A DNA stretch of 64,000 nucleotides from contig OZ253462.1 of the NCBI GenBank assembly GCA_965261395.1, positions 2,240,001 to 2,304,000 on the forward strand, given 5' to 3'. The position numbers were made by a program, and so were the translations under genes. This document shows, piece by piece, positions 57,299-64,000 of this stretch (its first letter is position 1; each line of letters opens with the position of its first letter). The DNA is from Candidatus Latescibacterota bacterium. Lineage in GTDB: Bacteria > Latescibacterota > UBA2968 > UBA8231. The notes under the pieces are model-generated. The model saw only the letters and a program-made list of their open reading frames with translations, did not search any database and had not been told where the DNA came from.

Positions 57299-59305
57299 TC
57301 AATAAGCCAACCCCACCGGGATGAGCCGCTTGATTACCGCGGCTTCCCCCTCGACTTCCAGCCCGAGCAGGTAGAGACCAGTCGGCAAAAGTGCCCCGCT
57401 GTCGTCGCGGCCGTCCCAACGAATGCGCTGTAGGCCCGACTTCTGTCCACCTGCTGCCAGCGTGGCGACTTTGCGGCCATCGAGTGCGTGGATATTCAGC
57501 CGGGCTGCCACGGTGCGGGGTAGTCCTAGGAGGGTATACTCGATTTCTAGCAGGTCGTTGACTCCGTCGTCGTTGGGCGTGACGACGGCGGTAGAGAGGC
57601 GCAGATCGCGGATTTTCTCGGCTTGGGTGGTCGAAGAGGCCAGGACACGCAGGGTACCGGTGGCGATGTCGCCGCCGACATCGCCACCCCGCACGGGCTG
57701 AGGCAGATTCTGGCTCTGGCTGTCGAGTACTTCGCCGTCGAAGGTCCAGGCAAAGTCGAAGACCTCGGCGGCGAAGACGACGCGGATCAACTCGTTGCGC
57801 CCGGCGTTTAGTCGCTCCGGCAAACGTATCGTCAACTCGTCTGCTCTTTCGACCACTTCGCTGGCCACCACCTGTCGCAAAGGGGAGCCCATTTCGAGGT
57901 GCTTGAACGCGGGCTGGCCGCCGGTGCGGATACGCAGCGCGTCGAAGCCCGCGTCGCCGGCGTTAACCTCGGCTTTGACAGCATAGACGAACTCCGTCAT
58001 CGCGCCCATCTCCACCTCAGCAACGCCGCGCAGGGGCTGCGGATCGTCCAACCGGGCCACTTCGCCGATGACCGAGGTGGCCAAAGTCGGCGAGGTTTCG
58101 ATCCACAGGGAATCAAGCCGCACGAAGGCGTCGAACTCCTCACTATTCAGGACGATTTTTAGCTGCAAATGGGAGCCGGACCGCAGGCCGAGCGTTTGGC
58201 CTGACTCGAACGCTGGGACCGACCAGAAGGTCCAGTTGTCTTGGTCGTATTCGATTCCAGCGCGAATCCCCGGCTTGGGGCGCGTCGTCAGCGTCAGCGT
58301 CCCCCCCTGTCCGTCGTCGGCATTGACCGCCCCGCTCGGGTTTTTGAGCACTTCTTGGTAGCGTTGCTGCGGCACCGGGACGCGAGTGCCCATGTCGGTG
58401 AACTCGTAGTAGATATCCGGCTTGGGGTCGGTGCCGGTGCGCGCCTCGACTTGGATTGAGACTGGGGCGTCGGCGGTCTCCACCAGCTCGCCGTCCACCA
58501 TTCGCAGCGCTGTCGCCGACCAAGAGAAGCGCCCGAAGTTGACCTTCCGCTCCAAGTCGAATATTCGGGTCTTGTACACCGCACGCAGGGGAACACCCTC
58601 GCCGAAGAGCTCGAAATCGCCGATGGTGCCCCGATGGGCTTGGCCCTTGGCAAAGGTTGCCTGGGACGATTTTTGCAGCGCCTCGATCTGGGCGGCTTCG
58701 AGCGAGCGCGAGAGCCGACGGATATAGCGGGTGAAGCGCACGTACTGGCGGGGAAACTGGTGCTGCACGTCGGCGCGGAAATTCTCCTGCACATCGGCGA
58801 TCTGCCGCCATTCGCTCGTGTTGTGGGCGGCGACATAGAGTTCATAGGCGGGCACTACGTCTTCGCGCAGGCTCTTGCCGTCCGAGCGGTATCCCTGCGA
58901 GGGCGTATAGAACCCAAAGGAAAAGATGGGCACTGGCACGGCCAAGTCGAAGGTGAAAGTGCGGCCGTCGGGACTGCCGCCCGAAGAGGGCGCGAGATAG
59001 GACGTGCTGTCGCCGTCCACTAGGCGCAAGTTGCCAGATACTCGCGCTCTTTCGCCGTCCACGTAGCCTAGTTCGCGGGGATTCCAGTCGCCCCAGTTGG
59101 TCAGATAGGAGAAGACGGAGCGGTCGGGCTGTATATAGACGGGCTGGATCGCTCCGGGCGTGGTAGTCTCATCGATGAGAATGGCGACCGAGTCGTGCTC
59201 GGCCCACTCCAAGCCGCTACCGCCGATCTGCCACAAGACAATGTCAGCCTCCGCCGTGGTGATCCACGACGCGGCCAGCCACATCAAGATGCGCGCGTAG
59301 GTCAT
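57299..59305 (-). CDS. Secreted beta-rich protein with C-terminal FlgD-Ig-like domain
   Basis: AGGAGG RBS before ATG 59305; signal peptide; TPNDDGVND...WDGRDDSG...GLYL C-terminus; paralog of the upstream gene. Confidence 0.7.
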   Translation of the reverse strand: MTYARILMWLAASWITTAEADIVLWQIGGSGLEWAEHDSVAILIDETTTPGAIQPVYIQPDRSVFSYLTNWGDWNPRELGYVDGERARVSGNLRLVDGDSTSYLAPSSGGSPDGRTFTFDLAVPVPIFSFGFYTPSQGYRSDGKSLREDVVPAYELYVAAHNTSEWRQIADVQENFRADVQHQFPRQYVRFTRYIRRLSRSLEAAQIEALQKSSQATFAKGQAHRGTIGDFELFGEGVPLRAVYKTRIFDLERKVNFGRFSWSATALRMVDGELVETADAPVSIQVEARTGTDPKPDIYYEFTDMGTRVPVPQQRYQEVLKNPSGAVNADDGQGGTLTLTTRPKPGIRAGIEYDQDNWTFWSVPAFESGQTLGLRSGSHLQLKIVLNSEEFDAFVRLDSLWIETSPTLATSVIGEVARLDDPQPLRGVAEVEMGAMTEFVYAVKAEVNAGDAGFDALRIRTGGQPAFKHLEMGSPLRQVVASEVVERADELTIRLPERLNAGRNELIRVVFAAEVFDFAWTFDGEVLDSQSQNLPQPVRGGDVGGDIATGTLRVLASSTTQAEKIRDLRLSTAVVTPNDDGVNDLLEIEYTLLGLPRTVAARLNIHALDGRKVATLAAGGQKSGLQRIRWDGRDDSGALLPTGLYLLGLEVEGEAAVIKRLIPVGLAY

Positions 59306-59409
59306 ATGCCTCCTATTGCCGAGTGCACTGCGGAGTCGGGTTGGTCTCGATTTCGCCTTGGCAGCTATGGGCCTTGGCGCGGGCGATTGGTCGGTGAGGA
59401 ACTCGTCCA

Positions 59410-61716
59410 TCAGTAGACTACCGAGATCAGGCGGTTCTCGCTGCGGGTCAGCGCGTCGCCTTCAGCCGTGACGCGGAGGATGTAGATCCCAGGCGCGACG
59501 GTGCGGCCCTGGCTGTCGCGGCCGTCCCATTGATAGGTCTGGTGACCGGCCGTAGTGGCCGCGTCGCTGATGAGGGCGACCCGATGGCCAGTTAAGTTAT
59601 AGACGCCGATGATGACCGGTCGGGGGTCGAGCATTTTGAACAGGTCGAGATCAATTTGCAACTGGTCTGAGATGCCGTCGCCATTGGGAGTCAGTACCCG
59701 GTTCGATAGCGAGAGGTCCGCAAAGAGTCGTCCGTCGGTGGGCAAGGAGATAAAGGTCCGGTCGCTGGCAATGGCGGCCTCGGCGTCGCCGGGGTCAACC
59801 TGTTGCCGCAAAGTGGTTGACAGGGCGCTGTTGAAGAGGAAGGCTTCGAAGCGGGTCTGGTTGAGATAAAGGGTACTCTCGAAGTCGATTTCGATTAGGG
59901 CCGAGCGTCGCACTGGCTCAGCGAGGAGAACCTTGAAGCCATTTTCGGTTTCTTCGACCGGGGCGGTGACCGGCTCGCCGGCGAGCCGCAGCGCACGGAA
60001 GGTGGCCCCAGCGGTGGAGGCCAGTTGGATCTGATCAAAGCCCCGACTGGACGAGACGAAGTCGGAGCGAAGATAGTAGGTAAATTGGCTCATTTCGCCG
60101 GGGGAAACCTCAATGGGAAAGACTTCGGCGCGCGTCTGTTGAGCCAGTGGATTATTGAATTCGAGGACGATATCGTCTAAGGTCGCGGTGGCGAAAGGGT
60201 CTTCGGAGAGGAAGTGGATGTCCAACTGCACGTAGCGCCGAGGGCCGGGCGAGAGGAAGACCTGTCCGGAGGTCGCGTAGGCCCGGCTCCAGTTGCTCCA
60301 GTCGGCCCCAGCGATGCGGACGGTGTCGATGGCCCCTTTGAAGCTGGGGATCAGCTTATTGTATTGTCTCTCGGTGACTTGCTTGCCGTTTTTGTTGTAG
60401 AAGGTGTACTGACTGTCGAGGAGGTTGCCGGTGCGGCTGCGGATTTCGACGTGAGTCCCCGGCGGTGTGTCGATCGCCCAGCCTATTTCCGCAATATGCT
60501 GGATGGAGCCCAGGTCGTAAATCGGCGAGCGCGCCATCACCGCGGCCGGGTGGCCCTCGCCGAAGACCTGCCACTCGGCCGTGGTGCCGATGCGGCCGTT
60601 AAAGGCTTCGAAGCCCTCGGACATGGGGAAGATCAGCCGCACATGGCGGACCTTGCGCAGCGGGAAGCGCTCCTGAAAATGGCGGACTTCTGTTAGGTTG
60701 CGGCGATCCGAGGGCAATTCGCCCAGCAGTTCCCAACTCAACGAGCCATCCGGTGCCTTCGATCCGTCCGACGCGAAGAATTGGTACCAGAGGTAGTTGA
60801 ATTGACGCTGCCGGCCACAATCGCCGCACGCCGCCTTAGGCGCGATGCCACTGGGATCACCGAGCATTCGCACCCTGTCCACCCAATACAGCGCCCCTAG
60901 GTCAATCTCGAACTGTCCGATCTGCTGTTCGGGCTGCGTGCCGGAGCCGCCGCGATGTACCGTGCCCCAATAGGTGGTGATATCGCCATCGACGAGGGTA
61001 TTGCTGATCCCCTTCGACTCGGTGAGGGTGCGGCCGATCTTAGAGGTGGCCTCAGAGACGATTTCGACGCTGCCTCCCCGGCCCCAGATCCCCAGCGAAA
61101 GGTTGTCGCCGATGCTCTCGACCACCACCTCGCTCAGGCGGATATGCTCCGTGGGTAGGTCGGCCTCGATGCGGATATTCTTGAGTGGATTGAGCTGGTA
61201 GTCAATCTCGATGAGGGGTGCTTCGTTGAAGCTATAGCGCCAGCGCTTGTTGTAGCGCAGCGTGCCGGGAAGAACGGAATTGGCATTGCTGAAGAAAGGC
61301 TCGCCGTCGGAGGTGAGGACTTTGAAAAACTCCAGCGGGGTGCTGTTGGCGGCGAAGTGGAGCTCAATTTTGCGCGCCGATACGACGCGCCCCAGATCGA
61401 CTTCGATCCACCAGTCCTCTACGCTGGCGCTCGGATCGGGAGCCCAGTAGGTCGCCGGATCGCCGTCGATCAAATTGAGGGCGTCGCCGGGGTTGGAGCC
61501 CACTTTGCGGATGCCGCCGCTGGCAAAGTCAAAGGCGTTGGCGACGGCGTTGATATTGCGGCGGACAAAGGAGGGTTTGAGCGTACCGCGTGCGACCTCG
61601 ACGGCGTCGCCGGGCAGTTGCCATTGGCGCCAGTCGTCCGACGACGCGATGCGAAGTTGGTCGCCCGCGAGGGGCGTGGCGAGCACTAGGGCACTCACGA
61701 GGATGGCGTTGCGCAT
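59410..61716 (-). CDS. Secreted protein with discoidin-like domains and C-terminal FlgD-Ig-like domain
   Basis: Signal peptide MRNAILVSALVLATPLAG; LIDGD..TYW...WIEVDLG twice; TPNGDGISD...WDGRDSQG...PGIY. Confidence 0.72.
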   Translation of the reverse strand: MRNAILVSALVLATPLAGDQLRIASSDDWRQWQLPGDAVEVARGTLKPSFVRRNINAVANAFDFASGGIRKVGSNPGDALNLIDGDPATYWAPDPSASVEDWWIEVDLGRVVSARKIELHFAANSTPLEFFKVLTSDGEPFFSNANSVLPGTLRYNKRWRYSFNEAPLIEIDYQLNPLKNIRIEADLPTEHIRLSEVVVESIGDNLSLGIWGRGGSVEIVSEATSKIGRTLTESKGISNTLVDGDITTYWGTVHRGGSGTQPEQQIGQFEIDLGALYWVDRVRMLGDPSGIAPKAACGDCGRQRQFNYLWYQFFASDGSKAPDGSLSWELLGELPSDRRNLTEVRHFQERFPLRKVRHVRLIFPMSEGFEAFNGRIGTTAEWQVFGEGHPAAVMARSPIYDLGSIQHIAEIGWAIDTPPGTHVEIRSRTGNLLDSQYTFYNKNGKQVTERQYNKLIPSFKGAIDTVRIAGADWSNWSRAYATSGQVFLSPGPRRYVQLDIHFLSEDPFATATLDDIVLEFNNPLAQQTRAEVFPIEVSPGEMSQFTYYLRSDFVSSSRGFDQIQLASTAGATFRALRLAGEPVTAPVEETENGFKVLLAEPVRRSALIEIDFESTLYLNQTRFEAFLFNSALSTTLRQQVDPGDAEAAIASDRTFISLPTDGRLFADLSLSNRVLTPNGDGISDQLQIDLDLFKMLDPRPVIIGVYNLTGHRVALISDAATTAGHQTYQWDGRDSQGRTVAPGIYILRVTAEGDALTRSENRLISVVY

Positions 61717-61817
61717 AGGATTTATCCGGTTGAGCCAAGCCAATAACCCAATATAGGACGCGCAAAAGGAGCCTAACAAGTAAGGGAGCGTTTTCCCATC
61801 GGCGGCGCAAGTTCCCG

Positions 61818-62195
61818 CTAGGCCACCCCTATGGAAGCGTGGATCTGCGCGAACTTCCACTCGCCCGCTTCCCGCTCCAATACGCCCGTCAAACGCAGGG
61901 CTAGTTCCTCGTCCTGGCCTTGCCATTTGAGCCGCCACTGCTGTCGGGTGTAGAACCAAGCCACCGAATCGCGCTCCTGCACGTCGAGGTGCTCGGTGTC
62001 GATGGTAAAATCCCGGGTGCTGGCGACGTGGTGGTAGTAGTACTGGGCAGCGCGCCCACCGCCCTCGATGTGTTCCCCCGGCTCTGTGCCGATCTTGACA
62101 AAGTGATCGGCTGGGGAGATGAGATCGATGAGCTGGTCGGCATCGCCTGTTGTCAACGCGGCGAAGTAGGCCTCGACCGTCTGGCGGGCGTTCAC
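61818..62195 (-). CDS. SnoaL/NTF2-like protein
   Basis: VEAYFAAL, IGT, RLTGVL....WKFAQIHAS. Confidence 0.78.
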   Translation of the reverse strand: MNARQTVEAYFAALTTGDADQLIDLISPADHFVKIGTEPGEHIEGGGRAAQYYYHHVASTRDFTIDTEHLDVQERDSVAWFYTRQQWRLKWQGQDEELALRLTGVLEREAGEWKFAQIHASIGVA

Positions 62196-62276
62196 GTCGC
62201 AGGCTCCTTCCTGCTAGGGGTAACGTAACTTCTTGCGGTCCACAGCCATCCGCAAGCTAGCGATCCGGGGAGCCGT

Positions 62277-62304
62277 TTGACATCCAACGGTTCCCTTGTA
62301 TAAT
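62277..62304 (+). promoter_or_regulatory. Consensus sigma70 promoter
   Basis: TTGACA (62277-62282), 16-bp spacer, TATAAT (62299-62304), 35 bp before ATG 62340. Confidence 0.7.
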
Positions 62305-62339
62305 TGAGCCTCCGCATCGCTTTCCCAGTGTCCGACGCC

Positions 62340-63440
62340 ATGGCCCGCATCCTGCTTGCCCTCTTCATTGCCGCTCCTCTCCACGCCGACATCTACAACC
62401 TCCTCGGCGAGCTGACCCACCACCTGCGCTCGGGCGGAGTGCCCCGCGACGGCATCCCGGCCATGACTAACCCCCAGAGCGTTGCGCCGGCAGACGCGCA
62501 CTATCTCGCGGATTCGGACCTAGTCCTCGGCGTGGTCGCAAACGGTGCCGCGCGGGCCTATCCGCATCGCCTCGGCTGGAAGCACGAAGTCATCAACGAC
62601 CAGCTAGGCGACCAGTACATCTGCGTCACTTTCTGCCCGCTGACCGGCACCGGGCTAGTTTTTGACGCGACGGCTCCGGACTCAGCCCAAATCGAATTCG
62701 GCGTCTCCGGCATGGTACTCAACAGCAACTTGGTGCTGTACGACCGCCGCGACGAGAAAACCCTGTACCCGCAGATGATCTACGTTGGTATTAGTGGCGA
62801 GTACAGAGGGCGGCGCCTCCAGCTCTTGCCCGTGGTCGAGACGACTTGGGGCCTGTGGCGCACGCTGTATCCGCATACCACGGTCGCCCAAGCGGCGACC
62901 GGTCTAGACCGCTACCCGGACTATATCCGCGCACTATATCCACTAGATGGGTACGGCCACTACCCTTATGGCAACTATCGCAGCAACCAACGGATGATTA
63001 TTTTTCCGCTTACTACCGCTCGGCCCAGCGACCGCTTGTCGGCCAAGGAAATGGTCTTGGGGTTGCGAGCCGCTGGCGAGAGCAGGGCCTATCCTTTCAG
63101 CAGGATGCCCAATAAGGCCGTCATCAACGATCGCGTTGGCGACCGCGCCGTGCTCGTGCTCTACGACAGAGAGACTTCCACCGCCATTCCCTACAGCCGG
63201 GTTGTCGGTGATCAGCTTTTGACCTTTCGCATACTCAGCCGCACCGGCGATCTGCCTTTGGCCTTTGCCGACGTGGAGACCGGCAGCGAGTGGAACATGC
63301 TCGGCGAGGCTCTTTCCGGGCCGCTCAAGGGCGCGCGGCTAGAGCAAATCCCAGCCTATAATTCGATGTGGTTTGGATGGTCGGCCTACTGGCCGCAGAC
63401 CCGCTTGTGGAACGGCGATGGCATCTTGCCCTCGCCCTGA
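62340..63440 (+). CDS. DUF3179-like secreted protein
   Basis: GVPRDGIP, ARAYP, HEVIND, TFCPLTGTG, FGVSG...NSNLVLYDR, WFGW...P.T. Confidence 0.8.
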   Translation: MARILLALFIAAPLHADIYNLLGELTHHLRSGGVPRDGIPAMTNPQSVAPADAHYLADSDLVLGVVANGAARAYPHRLGWKHEVINDQLGDQYICVTFCPLTGTGLVFDATAPDSAQIEFGVSGMVLNSNLVLYDRRDEKTLYPQMIYVGISGEYRGRRLQLLPVVETTWGLWRTLYPHTTVAQAATGLDRYPDYIRALYPLDGYGHYPYGNYRSNQRMIIFPLTTARPSDRLSAKEMVLGLRAAGESRAYPFSRMPNKAVINDRVGDRAVLVLYDRETSTAIPYSRVVGDQLLTFRILSRTGDLPLAFADVETGSEWNMLGEALSGPLKGARLEQIPAYNSMWFGWSAYWPQTRLWNGDGILPSP

Positions 63441-63454
63441 TAAGGAGCTTGGCC

Positions 63455-64000
63455 ATGCACGAAGTCCCCAAAGGGAAGATTACTTGTATTGAAAAATGCG
63501 TTCTGCGCGGCACCCGGCCGCGCTACATCGGCTTCAATGCCCGCATTCCCGCCCACGGCACGCAGATCACGGACCCGGTCGTCAGGGTGCGCACGGACGG
63601 CGGGGCTTGGGGCTTGGGGTGGTCTCGCATTGGCGAGACCGAAGCGCGCGCGCTGCTCGGCAAGGAGATCGGCGATCTCTTCCAACTCCCCGACGGCTGC
63701 CTGCCCGCGGGCCGCAACCTCGACCTGCCGCTGTGGGATTTGGTGGCGCGGATGATGGATTTGCCGCTGTACCGCCTGCTCGGTGCTCGCGGCAAACGCG
63801 AGGTTGAAGTGTACGACGGCTCGGTCTATATCGACGATTTGGAAGCCGCAGATGAGGAACAAGTCAAAGACATCTTCCGCGGCGAAGTCGCCACCGGCCA
63901 CGAGCACGGCTATTTGCACTTCAAGATCAAGGTCGGTCGCGGTGCGCGCTGGATGCCCACGGACGCAGGTCTGAAGCGCGACGAGCTGGTCATTCGCACG
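63455..64000 (+). CDS. Enolase-superfamily (mandelate racemase-like) protein, 3'-truncated by the window edge
   Basis: AAGGAG RBS, ATG 63455; DLPLWDL, PLYRLLG, YDGS, FKIKVGRG (KxK); open to the end; absent from the ORF track. Confidence 0.8.
   Translation, partial: MHEVPKGKITCIEKCVLRGTRPRYIGFNARIPAHGTQITDPVVRVRTDGGAWGLGWSRIGETEARALLGKEIGDLFQLPDGCLPAGRNLDLPLWDLVARMMDLPLYRLLGARGKREVEVYDGSVYIDDLEAADEEQVKDIFRGEVATGHEHGYLHFKIKVGRGARWMPTDAGLKRDELVIRT

Noticed and set aside
62340-63440. Selenoprotein form of DUF3179
   Set aside because: The motif is CPLT with a normal Cys codon and the ORF has no in-frame TGA.

Overview
GC-rich bacterial chromosome segment. The gene content (FlgD-Ig-tailed secreted paralogs, DUF4159- and DUF6785-like proteins, enolase-superfamily dehydratases, a sulfatase, a PhyH dioxygenase) is reminiscent of Latescibacterota/Gemmatimonadota-type genomes; this is inference only. 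Housekeeping and metabolic genes (mlaEF-like, folA, aspC, nadC, proS, thrS, uxuA-like, acetolactate synthase, dCMP deaminase) are interrupted by two conflict/defence islands. Island 1 (about 14.4-22.9 kb, largely AT-rich) encodes a dynamin-like GTPase, a 1045-aa HerA/FtsK ATPase with an unusual Ser/Thr/Gly-rich insert, a WHH-type HNH nuclease toxin and an SMI1/KNR4 immunity protein, then an orphan minimal nucleotidyltransferase and an AbiE pair. I know no described system with this composition. Island 2 (about 37.0-46.7 kb) holds a HEPN-motif gene split by an intact IS5/IS903-group element (IRs and 9-bp TSD visible), an orphan DUF433 gene, a cyclase-free CBASS-like operon (metallo-beta-lactamase ending in Gly, fused E2-E1-JAB, patatin phospholipase) and a divergent XRE-ImmA/IrrE regulator with a frameshifted PIN gene. 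Other notable items: an unannotated Thr-rich leader peptide with terminator/antiterminator upstream of thrS, a multiply deleted two-component/sigma54 cluster with residual enhancer-like palindromes, a GT3-like glycogen synthase, and a 28-bp perfect GTAG palindrome supplying the stop codons of two convergent genes. No rRNA, tRNA or CRISPR array was seen. All family assignments come from motif recognition by eye, not database searches.
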